Program-made: the position numbers and the translations under genes | The notes under the pieces: model-generated | Seen by the model: the letters and a program-made list of their open reading frames with translations, nothing else | Told to the model about the DNA's origin: nothing | Database searches by the model: none | Assembly (NCBI RefSeq): GCF_000012905.2 | Contig: NC_007494.2 | Coordinates: 570,001 to 602,000 of the forward strand | DNA from: Cereibacter sphaeroides 2.4.1 | GTDB lineage: Bacteria; Pseudomonadota; Alphaproteobacteria; Rhodobacterales; Rhodobacteraceae | Direction of reading: 5' to 3' | DNA length: 32,000 bases | Part shown: one piece after another, positions 1-7,869 of the stretch | How positions within the stretch are numbered: position 1 is the first letter of the stretch | How the letters are laid out: each line of letters begins with the position of its first letter

Positions 1-269
1 AAGGACAGGACCGAGCCCAGATCGCGCGGAGACAGGTCGAGGCGCCCCGCGAAGAAGCCGGGATCCGTCACCAGATTGTCCGCATCCACGGTGAAGACAT
101 GGGCCGAGGTTGCGATCTCTCCCGCCCGCCGGTGGGCGGCATCGAAGCCGCGCACGCCATGGACCCGGCGCGTCCGCGGCACCGCGGCGGCGAGATGGGC
201 GAAATGCGCCTCGGCGTTCGGCTCGTCGAAGCTCAGGAACACCACGTCGCAGGCGGCCAGATCGATCAT
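1..269 (-). CDS. 5' part of a conserved hypothetical protein that runs off the left edge; the DxD-like motif suggests a possible glycosyltransferase-like enzyme
   Basis: Hand translation of the reverse strand from 269 gives MIDLAACDVVFLSFDEPNAEAHFAHLAAAVPRTRRVHGVRGFDAAHRRAGEIATSAHVFTVDADNLVTDPGFFAGRLDLSPRDLGSVLS..., open to the window edge. Its ATG (267-269) overlaps the upstream TGA (266-268) as ATGA. Third positions are G/C-rich. It is absent from the ORF track because it has no in-window stop. The function guess rests only on VDADN. Confidence 0.5.
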   Translation of the reverse strand, partial: MIDLAACDVVFLSFDEPNAEAHFAHLAAAVPRTRRVHGVRGFDAAHRRAGEIATSAHVFTVDADNLVTDPGFFAGRLDLSPRDLGSVLS

Positions 270-676
270 CTCTCCCACTCCGCACGGGTGCCGAGATGGA
301 CGATCGCCGCCGGCTGCCATTTCGACAGGAGCACGGCGCGGCGGCGCGCGAGATAGGCGGGCCAGTCGCCCGACCCGAGCGGCGCGTTGGCGGCAGCGTT
401 GGGCAGCGTGTCATAGGCAAGGCCCGCCCCCCGCAGGCCGCGGAAATCCACGAGATCCACGACCAGCACCGGCACCATCTCCTGTTCACGCGCCACCTCG
501 CGCGCGACCGGCAGGAGAGGCTCGATCTCGGGCCAGTCGAGGCCAGTCAGATCGACGAGCATGATGGCGAGGGGTCGGTCCTGCCGGGCGACCCCGGCGA
601 TCACCGGGCTGTCCGCGGTGAAGGGCCAGGCGGCCGCGTCCGGATCGAGCGGCGGCTCTGCCGGAGGCGCCGGCAT
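266..676 (-). CDS. hypothetical protein, 136 aa
   Basis: ORF 266..742(-) trimmed to the ATG at 674-676 (MPAPPAEPPLDPD...). That ATG shares one base with the glycosyltransferase stop (TGATG on the coding strand). Its own stop overlaps the next start (ATGA). Composition is coding-like. No family recognised. Confidence 0.55.
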   Translation of the reverse strand: MPAPPAEPPLDPDAAAWPFTADSPVIAGVARQDRPLAIMLVDLTGLDWPEIEPLLPVAREVAREQEMVPVLVVDLVDFRGLRGAGLAYDTLPNAAANAPLGSGDWPAYLARRRAVLLSKWQPAAIVHLGTRAEWER

Positions 677-1749
677 CAGACGAGCGGCCCCACGCGGCCG
701 GGCGGCGCTTGGGCGAGGAGCGCCGTGAAGAGGTCGCGCCAAATGGCGCCGACGAGGCGGCGGTCGCGCGCCGCGGCGAGCGCGCCCGCAGCGGCGCCCC
801 GCTCGGCCCAGACCTGCGGGCCCTCCGCCAGCGCCGTGGCCAGCACCTCATCGAGCGGGCGGGCGGGATCGTGGAGCCAGCCGGTCCGCCCGGTCTCGAC
901 CACGTCGCGGAGGCCCGGAAGGTCGGGCCCGAGGACGCCCCTTCCCAGCGTCTGCGCCAGCACCGCCGAGCCGGAGGTAAGCGATTGCACATAGGGCAGC
1001 ACCACGAGATCGGCGGCGGCATGGCACTCGGCCAGCCGCTCGGGCGTGGCGAAGTCGGGCAGGAGGAGGAGCCGCGGATCGGGCGCCCCCGGCGGCAGGA
1101 CGCCGGGCAGCGCCTGCCCCGCAAGGATCAGCCGGTCCTCGGGGGCAGCAACACGGCAGAAGGCCTCCACCAGTGCCGCGGGGCGCTTGTAGGCCGCGAG
1201 ACGGCCGGGCAGCAGCAGGACCATGCGCGCCCCGGCGAGCCCCAGCGCCGCCCGCGCCGCGGACCTGTGCAACACCGGATAGGCGCCCTCATAGCCCGCA
1301 TGTGGAACGATCCGCAGCCGCTCGGGCGGCAGCGGCAGGGCCGCGCGCGCGGCCGCCACCGCCGGCAGCGAATGCAGGTGGATCACGTCTGCCAGCCGCA
1401 GAAGCCCGCGGCGCAGGTCCGCGACGGCCCCGGCCATCCGGGGATCGCGCGGTTCGAGATTGTGGAGCGTCCAGACCACCCGTCCGCCGCGGCCCCGGAA
1501 CCGCTCGAGATCGTCGAGGAACCGCTCGACCGGGCCTGCGGCCACCACCGCATGTTCCCAGTGCAGATGGAAGATCATCCGCCCGCCCGCCACCTTCGCC
1601 TGCCGGTCGAGCGCCTCGGCAAGGGGCGCGGGCTCGGGCGCGAGCGTCGGGCCCAGCCCCTCGTAGAGCAGCGTCTGATAGGGATTGGTGTCCCGGTAGT
1701 CCGGGAACCAGCAGAGCGGCACGGGACGGGCGGGCGGCGGCTCGAACAT
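676..1749 (-). CDS. glycosyltransferase, GT-B fold, family 1-like, 357 aa
   Basis: This is the real C-terminal part of the artefactually long ORF 676..4143(-), starting at MFEPPPARPV (ATG complement at 1747-1749). The C-terminal half has the GT1 pattern (MVLLLPGRL..YKRP..LVEAF..RLILAG...ADLVVLPY.QSLTSGSAVLAQTLGRGVLGPDLPGLRDVV). Confidence 0.8.
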   Translation of the reverse strand: MFEPPPARPVPLCWFPDYRDTNPYQTLLYEGLGPTLAPEPAPLAEALDRQAKVAGGRMIFHLHWEHAVVAAGPVERFLDDLERFRGRGGRVVWTLHNLEPRDPRMAGAVADLRRGLLRLADVIHLHSLPAVAAARAALPLPPERLRIVPHAGYEGAYPVLHRSAARAALGLAGARMVLLLPGRLAAYKRPAALVEAFCRVAAPEDRLILAGQALPGVLPPGAPDPRLLLLPDFATPERLAECHAAADLVVLPYVQSLTSGSAVLAQTLGRGVLGPDLPGLRDVVETGRTGWLHDPARPLDEVLATALAEGPQVWAERGAAAGALAAARDRRLVGAIWRDLFTALLAQAPPGRVGPLV

Positions 1750-1909
1750 GGATCGAGCGTCCCACGTCCCGCGCCCGCAGGCGAGAGATTTCTCCGCCCA
1801 TACGCCGCCAGCCGAAGCCCTCGGCCAGCGGCTGCGGCTCCGACCCGCAGGCGGCCGCTCCGTCCCTCGGACATCGGGCGCCGTGCTGCCCAGGCGACGC
1901 GCGCGGCGC

Positions 1910-1938
1910 TTGACGGAAATGCGCATCTGACGTCTACT
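1910..1938 (+). promoter_or_regulatory. candidate sigma70-type promoter for the 1984-7848 operon
   Basis: TTGACG (1910-1915), a 17-nt spacer, then TCTACT (1933-1938), about 45 nt upstream of the 1984 ATG in the 234-bp divergent intergenic region. Motif match only. Confidence 0.3.
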
Positions 1939-1983
1939 TTTCAGGGCGCGAGCCTCTGTCCGCGCGATTTGAGGTGAGTCATT

Positions 1984-2298
1984 ATGCCCAAGTGGATGCT
2001 GGGCCGGGCCCTGACGCTGGTCGGGTTGCTCGGCGTCACGATCGGCGGGGCGGCCGCCCAGACACCCGACAGCCGGGCCTTCGCCACCGAGGCCGCCGCG
2101 CGCGCCTACCTGCGACAGAACCCGGCCGGACCGATGGCCAAGGCCGCCTTCCTCGCGCTGGTGGAGTTCCGCCTCATGCGCGCCCATCCGGGCCTCAGCC
2201 GCGCGGAGATCATCGCGGGCTTCGCCCGTGCCCCGGCCGCGCCGCAGAGCCCCGCGCGGACGGGCGGCGGGCGCGACAGCTCCAACGCGATGTATTAG
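1984..2298 (+). CDS. small secreted protein, 104 aa, unknown function
   Basis: RBS GAGGTGAG at 1971-1978. N-terminal signal peptide MPKWMLGRALTLVGLLGVTIGGAAAQ. Very high GC3. The TAG stop overlaps the AGGAGG RBS of the next gene. Confidence 0.7.
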   Translation: MPKWMLGRALTLVGLLGVTIGGAAAQTPDSRAFATEAAARAYLRQNPAGPMAKAAFLALVEFRLMRAHPGLSRAEIIAGFARAPAAPQSPARTGGGRDSSNAMY

Positions 2299-2307
2299 GA
2301 GGCGGTC

Positions 2308-5223
2308 ATGCCCGGGGCAGAGCAGCGATGGCCGGCGCGGGCGGCTCTCCTGCTCGTGCTGATCGCTGCGGCCGGGCTGGCGCGGGGGCAGGAGACACCC
2401 TCCGGCCCGCCGCCGCGGGTAGCGATGGTGGTCGGCAATTCCGCCTATCAGAACGTGCCGGCCCTGCCCAATCCCGCGGGCGACGCGGAACTCGTGGCGG
2501 AGAAGCTGTGGGAATCGGGCTTCGAGGTCATCGAGACGGTGGACGCCGACCGCGAGACCATGCTCGCCGATCTCGCGACCTTCCGCAGCCGCCTGCGCGA
2601 GGGCAGCGAGGCGCTCTTCTTCTACGCGGGCCACGGGGTGCAGATCGGCGGGCGGAACTACCTGCTGCCGGTCTCGGTCGCCCCTTCCTCGGTCGAGGAC
2701 CTGAAGGCGCAGGCCATCGATGCGCAGCTCTTTCTCGATGTGATGGCGCAGTCGGGCGCGCGGCTGACGCTCGTGCTGCTCGACGCCTGCCGCAACAATC
2801 CGTTCCTCGACATTCCCTCCGACGGCGCCGAGGCCATCGCCACCCGCGCCCTCTCGATCGGCGCCTCGCGTGCGGCGGTGGAGCGGGGGCTCCGCGATCT
2901 GGCGGCGGCCAGCCGGGGCGGTCTGGCCGAGATGTCGGCCGGTCGCGGCGAGGCGCTCATCAGCTTTGCCACCGCGCCCGGACAGGTCGCCTTCGACGGG
3001 CGCGGACGGCACAGCCCCTATACCAGCGCGCTCGCCGGCAGCATCGACGAGCCGGGGCTCGAACTCGTCGACCTCTTCCGCCGGGTGCGGGGCGCGGTGC
3101 GCGAGGCGACCGGCGGGCAGCAGATCGCCTGGACGGCGAGCACGCTCGAGAGCCGCTTCTATTTCAAGCCGCCAGCCGACGATCTGCGCTCTGCCACCAC
3201 CGGCATGAGCACCGGGTCGGACACGCTCGGCGCGCTGCCGCCACGGCGGGTGGTGGACCGCACCTTCTGGCGCGCAATCCGCGACACGGACCGGCTCGAC
3301 GCCTTCACCGCCTATGTCCGCACCATGCCGGACGGCGCCTTCGTCGCCGAGGCGAAGGAGAAGATCCGCAGCCTCGGCGGCGATCCCGAGGCGATCCCGG
3401 TCTCGGACCTGTCGCTGCCGGAGCGGCCGCGCGGCTTCGTGTTGGCCGATCCTGCGGCGCAGGCCGATCTCGCGGCGACGCTCGACCGGGCGCCCGCATC
3501 GGTGCCCATCGGAACGGGGGCGGCCCGCATCGGCGCCGCAGCCGGCAGGGCGGGCTGGGTTCATGTGGCCGCAGCCCCGCGTCTCGGCGCGGTCTCGGCC
3601 GGCGGCACCCGCCTCGAGGCGGGCTCGGTGCGCTGGATGGAGGCGGACCAGCCGCTCGACTACCTCCCCGGCATCGGCTCGAACGGCGGGCTCGACAGTC
3701 TCCGGGCCGAAGCCCTGCGCGAGGGCGGCACGACCGAACCCCTTGAGGCTGCGGTCGAAACCTATGTCGACGCCTGCGACATGCTCGCGGGCAACCCCTA
3801 CGACAGCCAGCGCGTCACTGCCGGCACGCGCCAGTTCATCCTCGACCGCAACCACGACGCCGCCATCGCGGTCTGCGAGATCGCCGTCGCGCGCCATCCG
3901 GAGGTGGTCCGGTTCTGGGCCGAACTCGCGCGCAGCTACCGCGCCGCGGGCCGCTACGAGGAGGCGCTCCACTGGCAGCAGAAGGCGGTCGACGCGGGCT
4001 ATGCCTCGGCGATGGTCTATCTCGGGCAGATGTTCCTCGACGGCCAGGCCGTGCCGCAGGACTTCGACCGTGCGCGGGAGCTGTTCGAGGCGGCCGATGC
4101 CCGCGGCGAGACGGCGGCGCTGACGGCGCTGGCCTGGATCCACCGGGCGGGGGTGGGTGTGCCGGAGGATCCGGCCCGGGCGCTCGACTTCTACCGGCAG
4201 GGGGCGGCGCGCGGCAACGACTGGGCGATGACCAACATCGGCGAGTTCTACCAGAAGGGCCTGAGCGTCGCCCGGGATCCGGCCGAAGCGGTGCGCTGGT
4301 ATACGGCCGCGGCCAAGAGCGGCGAGCTGACCGCCCAGACGCGGCTCGCGCGGATGTATCAGACCGGCGACGGCATTGCGGTGGATGAGGCGCAGGCCCG
4401 CTTCTGGTTCGAGACCGCCGCGGGCCGGGGCGTGCCGAATGCGCTGACCCGTCTCGGCCTCATGTATGAGCAGGGTCAGGGGGTGGACCGGGATCTCGAG
4501 GCAGCGGCGCGTCTTTACGGCCGGGCGGCTGCCGAGGGCGACGCCGAGGCCTGGCTGCGGCTGGGCCGGCTCGAAGCCTCGGACGCGCCGCTGTTCGACC
4601 GGCCCGAGCGCGCCCTGCCGCTGCTGGAGAAGGCGCTCGCGGCGCAGGTGCCGGGCGCCGCGCGCGAGCTCGGGCGTCTCTACGAGACGGGGCGCGGCGT
4701 GACGAAGGATCTGGCCCGCGCCCGCGCGCTCTATGTGCAGGAGGCGGGCGCGAACCCCTGGGCCGCGCGCGACGCCGGGCGCGCCTTCGCCTCGGATGAG
4801 GGCGCGCCCGCCGATCCGGCGCAGGCGGCCCGCTGGTATCGGGCCGCGGCCGAGGGCGGGGTTCCGTGGGCGGCTCTCGATCTCGGGCGGCTCTACGAGA
4901 CCGGCCGCGGTGTGCCGCAGGACCGGACCGAGGCGCTGGTCCTCTATGCCGCGGCCGCGCGTCCCGGAGGCGATGCCAGGGCGGCCGACGCCGCCCGCCG
5001 CGCCGCCGCCGGCTATTCGGCCGAGGAGACGATCCGGGCAGCGCAGCTGCTGCTTGGTCGCCTCGGCGCCGAGGTGGGCGCGCCCGACGGCCGGATCGGC
5101 CCCGCGACGCGGGACGCGCTCGCCCGCGTCTTTGCCGCGCAGGGGCGGGCCGCGCCCGGCACCCGCATCGACTTCGACCTGCTGGCCGAGCTTTCGGCGA
5201 TGGATGAGGAGAGACTGCCATGA
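2308..5223 (+). CDS. exported caspase-like cysteine protease (peptidase C14) fused to about 9 Sel1 repeats and a C-terminal peptidoglycan-binding domain, 971 aa
   Basis: Signal peptide RAALLLVLIAAAGLARG. Caspase dyad motifs FFYAGHG (His109, 2632-2634) and LVLLDACRNNPF (Cys161, 2788-2790). Sel1-type repeats span about 3960-4960 (e.g. AMVYLGQMFLDGQAVPQDFDRARELF, AMTNIGEFYQKGLSVARDPAEAVRWY, ALTRLGLMYEQGQGVDRDLEAAARLY). PG_binding_1-like segment AAQLLLGRLGAEVGAPDGRIGPATRDALARVF lies at about 5020-5150. Confidence 0.9.
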   Translation: MPGAEQRWPARAALLLVLIAAAGLARGQETPSGPPPRVAMVVGNSAYQNVPALPNPAGDAELVAEKLWESGFEVIETVDADRETMLADLATFRSRLREGSEALFFYAGHGVQIGGRNYLLPVSVAPSSVEDLKAQAIDAQLFLDVMAQSGARLTLVLLDACRNNPFLDIPSDGAEAIATRALSIGASRAAVERGLRDLAAASRGGLAEMSAGRGEALISFATAPGQVAFDGRGRHSPYTSALAGSIDEPGLELVDLFRRVRGAVREATGGQQIAWTASTLESRFYFKPPADDLRSATTGMSTGSDTLGALPPRRVVDRTFWRAIRDTDRLDAFTAYVRTMPDGAFVAEAKEKIRSLGGDPEAIPVSDLSLPERPRGFVLADPAAQADLAATLDRAPASVPIGTGAARIGAAAGRAGWVHVAAAPRLGAVSAGGTRLEAGSVRWMEADQPLDYLPGIGSNGGLDSLRAEALREGGTTEPLEAAVETYVDACDMLAGNPYDSQRVTAGTRQFILDRNHDAAIAVCEIAVARHPEVVRFWAELARSYRAAGRYEEALHWQQKAVDAGYASAMVYLGQMFLDGQAVPQDFDRARELFEAADARGETAALTALAWIHRAGVGVPEDPARALDFYRQGAARGNDWAMTNIGEFYQKGLSVARDPAEAVRWYTAAAKSGELTAQTRLARMYQTGDGIAVDEAQARFWFETAAGRGVPNALTRLGLMYEQGQGVDRDLEAAARLYGRAAAEGDAEAWLRLGRLEASDAPLFDRPERALPLLEKALAAQVPGAARELGRLYETGRGVTKDLARARALYVQEAGANPWAARDAGRAFASDEGAPADPAQAARWYRAAAEGGVPWAALDLGRLYETGRGVPQDRTEALVLYAAAARPGGDARAADAARRAAAGYSAEETIRAAQLLLGRLGAEVGAPDGRIGPATRDALARVFAAQGRAAPGTRIDFDLLAELSAMDEERLP

Positions 5224-5678
5224 CCCGCCGCACGCCTGCGCTTCTTGCCGCCTTCCTCGTGCTCGCGGCCTGCGCCGAGACCACCGGGCCTGCCCCGGTG
5301 CCGATCGGCGCCGAGGTCGCCCGGCTCTCGGCCCTGGGCTTCAGGGCGCAGGGCACCACCGCGGAGGGGACGCAGGTCCTGCGCTATGCGGGGCCGGTGA
5401 CGGCGGCGGTCGCCTGCCGCTCGGGCACGGGCGCGACCTTCCACACCCCGCCGGCACAAAGGGTCCGCGGCGACGGCGCGCGGCAGCGGCTGGAGCTCGA
5501 CGCCTATCTGATGCTGACGCCGGGGCCGGACGGGATGCTCTCGGCCCGCGAACGCGACGGCCTCTATGTCGTCACCATCGCCACCCGCCTCCGGGGCCGC
5601 ACCACCACCGAATCCATCGCCTTCGGGCCGGGCGAGAGCGGCAGCTTCCGCTCGGGAATGACCTGCCGTCCGACCTGA
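5220..5678 (+). CDS. lipoprotein, 152 aa, unknown function
   Basis: ATG overlaps the upstream TGA (ATGA at 5220-5223). Signal peptide with lipobox: MTRRTPALLAAFLVLAAC. Confidence 0.7.
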   Translation: MTRRTPALLAAFLVLAACAETTGPAPVPIGAEVARLSALGFRAQGTTAEGTQVLRYAGPVTAAVACRSGTGATFHTPPAQRVRGDGARQRLELDAYLMLTPGPDGMLSARERDGLYVVTIATRLRGRTTTESIAFGPGESGSFRSGMTCRPT

Positions 5679-5679
5679 G

Positions 5680-7848
5680 GTGGAGGGCGTCCGCCTCGAT
5701 CTCTGCCTTCTGGCCGACATCCGGGCAGGAGATGTCGCGGCGCCCTGCCATGCGGCGGCGGCGGAAGCGGTCGCGGCTGCGGGCTACCGGGTGGGGGTTC
5801 TGCCGGTGGCGCCCGGCTCCATCGCGGCCGATCCCTTCCGACTGGACGAGGGCTTCTCCCGGCTCTTCGCCAGCGGCCGGGCCTGCCGGCTGGCACCCGG
5901 CGATGCGGTCGACTGCACGCTGGTGTTGGCCTTCGACGCCCGCCTGTTCGCGGCGGGCCCCCTGCCCGGCCTGCGGATCGGCGCGGCGCGGCGGCTCGTG
6001 ACCGTCGAGCGCGCGGCCGCGCTGGCATCCCTGCCCTATGCCGATCTCGAGCGGCTGGCCGAGGCCGCGCGCCTCGCGCTCGGCGGCCCGCCGGTCTGGG
6101 CGCCCACTACCGCCGTCGCCCGCGAGGCCCTGACCTTCGCCGTGCCCGACTGGCCGCTTACGCCCGAGGACTGGCTGCCCGTGGCGCCGCCGCTGGCAGA
6201 GGCAGGGCCGCGGGCCACGCATCGCGGACGACCGGCCATCGGCGCGGCGCGGATCGCGCGGGTCCGGCCCGGGGCGGCGCTGCCGCGGGGCGCTGTCCCC
6301 CTGCCCCTCTGGCGCCTTCGCCTGTCGCCGGACGGCGAGCGCCCGTCCTGGCCGCCCGCCGCGCCGGTCGAGATCTGGCCCGACGACCGGATTTCGCTGG
6401 CGGACTTCCTGCCGCTCGTCGATCTGCTCGCCAATGCCGACGAGGCCGCCGACGATCCCTGCCCGGTGGAGGCGCTGCTCGCGCTGCGCGCCGGGACCGT
6501 GCCCTATCTGCCCGACGGCTGCCGGAGTACCTTCGGTGCGGCCGCCCTCTACGGCGCACCCGGGGACGTGGCGCGACGCGCGCTCGACCTGCAGGCAGAG
6601 GAGGGGCTGGCGCGTAACCTGCGCGCGGCCGGGGCGGAGGCGCTGGCGGGGCGGTTCTCGCCCGAGGCCTTCCTTGCCCGGCTCGCGCCCCTTCTTGGCC
6701 CGCCGCGGCCCGCGCCCTTCGCGCCCGCCGTACTGGCGCGCCCGCCGGCGCGGGTGCTGTTCCTGTCGACGAACGGCGTCGGCATGGGGCATCTCACCCG
6801 GCAGCTCGCGGTGGCGCGGCGCCTGCCGGGCCGGCTCGAGCCCGTGTTTCTCAGCCATTCGCAGGCCGTCGACGTGGCCCGCAGCTTCGGCTTTCCGGCC
6901 GAGCATCTGCCCTATCACGCGGCCTCGGGCGAGGCGCGAGCGCACTGGAACGCGGGCCTTGCGGAGACGCTCGGCGCGGCCATCGCCTTCTGGCAACCGG
7001 CCGGGCTGGTCTTCGACGGCAACGTGCCCTTCGCCGGGCTGATGGCCGCGCTGGAGGAGGCGCCCGACCTCGCGCGGATCTGGATCCGCCGCGGCCTCTG
7101 GGGCGCGGGGCGCGATCCCGAGGCGCTGGAGCGCGGCGCGGCCTTCGACCTCATCCTCGAACCGGGCGAGCCGGCCGCGGCGCTCGACGAGGGACCGACC
7201 GCTGTGCGCAGGGGCGAGACGCGCGGGGTGGCGCCCGTCCGGCTGCTCGATGGCGCCGAGATCCCGGGCCGCGCCGAGGCCTGCGCGGCGCTCGGGCTCG
7301 ACCGCGCGGCGGTGAACGTGCTGATCGCGCCGGGCTCGGGCAACAATTTCGCGACCGGCGGGCTTGCCGCGCGGGCTGTCGCGGCCCTCGCCGGGCGGCG
7401 CGGGATCGGCATCGCGGTGGCCCGCTGGATGATCTCGCACGAGGCCCCGGAGCTGCCGGCCGGAGTGGTGGCGCTGACCGGCTTTCCCTTCGCCCGCCAT
7501 CTGGCCGCCTTCGATTTCGCTCTGGCGGCGGCGGGCTACAACAGCTTCGTCGAACATCTGGAGCGCGCGCTTCCGACCCTCTGGACGCCGAACGAACATG
7601 CCGAGCAGGATCGGCAGATCGTCAGGGCCCGCTGGGCCGAGCGGCAGGGACTGGGCCTCACGCTGCGTCTGGGCGAGGAGATGCGGCTTGGCACGGCGCT
7701 CGACCGGATCCTCGATCCGGCCGAACGTGCGGCGTTGCGCGCCGCGGGCGCGTCCACGGCCGAGGCGCTCGCGGCCCGCAACGGGGCGGTCGAGGCCGCG
7801 GAGGCGATCGCCGCCCTCTGCGGCACTGCCATCGCGCGCGGGCGCTAG
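5680..7848 (+). CDS. two-module glycosyltransferase-like protein, 722 aa: degenerate GT-B-like N-terminal half plus MurG/GT28-like C-terminal half
   Basis: GTG start one nt after the lipoprotein stop. The C-terminal half starts with RVLFLSTNGVGMGHLTRQLAVARRL and ends with GYNSFVEHLERALPTLWTPNEHAEQDRQIVRARWAERQGLG, the MurG-like/Glyco_tran_28_C pattern. The N-terminal half has a GT1-tail-like segment (DPCPVEALLALRAGTVPYLPDG..FGAAALYGAPGDV). The exact start is uncertain. Confidence 0.75.
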   Translation: MEGVRLDLCLLADIRAGDVAAPCHAAAAEAVAAAGYRVGVLPVAPGSIAADPFRLDEGFSRLFASGRACRLAPGDAVDCTLVLAFDARLFAAGPLPGLRIGAARRLVTVERAAALASLPYADLERLAEAARLALGGPPVWAPTTAVAREALTFAVPDWPLTPEDWLPVAPPLAEAGPRATHRGRPAIGAARIARVRPGAALPRGAVPLPLWRLRLSPDGERPSWPPAAPVEIWPDDRISLADFLPLVDLLANADEAADDPCPVEALLALRAGTVPYLPDGCRSTFGAAALYGAPGDVARRALDLQAEEGLARNLRAAGAEALAGRFSPEAFLARLAPLLGPPRPAPFAPAVLARPPARVLFLSTNGVGMGHLTRQLAVARRLPGRLEPVFLSHSQAVDVARSFGFPAEHLPYHAASGEARAHWNAGLAETLGAAIAFWQPAGLVFDGNVPFAGLMAALEEAPDLARIWIRRGLWGAGRDPEALERGAAFDLILEPGEPAAALDEGPTAVRRGETRGVAPVRLLDGAEIPGRAEACAALGLDRAAVNVLIAPGSGNNFATGGLAARAVAALAGRRGIGIAVARWMISHEAPELPAGVVALTGFPFARHLAAFDFALAAAGYNSFVEHLERALPTLWTPNEHAEQDRQIVRARWAERQGLGLTLRLGEEMRLGTALDRILDPAERAALRAAGASTAEALAARNGAVEAAEAIAALCGTAIARGR

Positions 7849-7869
7849 GCGCGGGCCGGCGGGCGAAGA

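Noticed and set aside
676-4143. A 1155-aa ORF on the minus strand, the longest in the track
   Set aside because: Only its last 357 codons (676-1749) read like a protein (GT1). The rest is Arg/Gly/Ala/Pro-rich and lies antisense to the well-supported genes at 1984-2298 and 2308-5223. It is an open antisense frame typical of high-GC DNA.
1173-6559. Many 60-420-aa ORFs in alternative frames (e.g. 709..1977+, 1173..1913+, 1974..3746+, 3314..4123+, 4460..5359-, 4733..6001+, 6158..6559-)
   Set aside because: These are overlapping or off-frame readings of supported genes, with extreme Arg/Pro/Ala/Gly content and no motifs.
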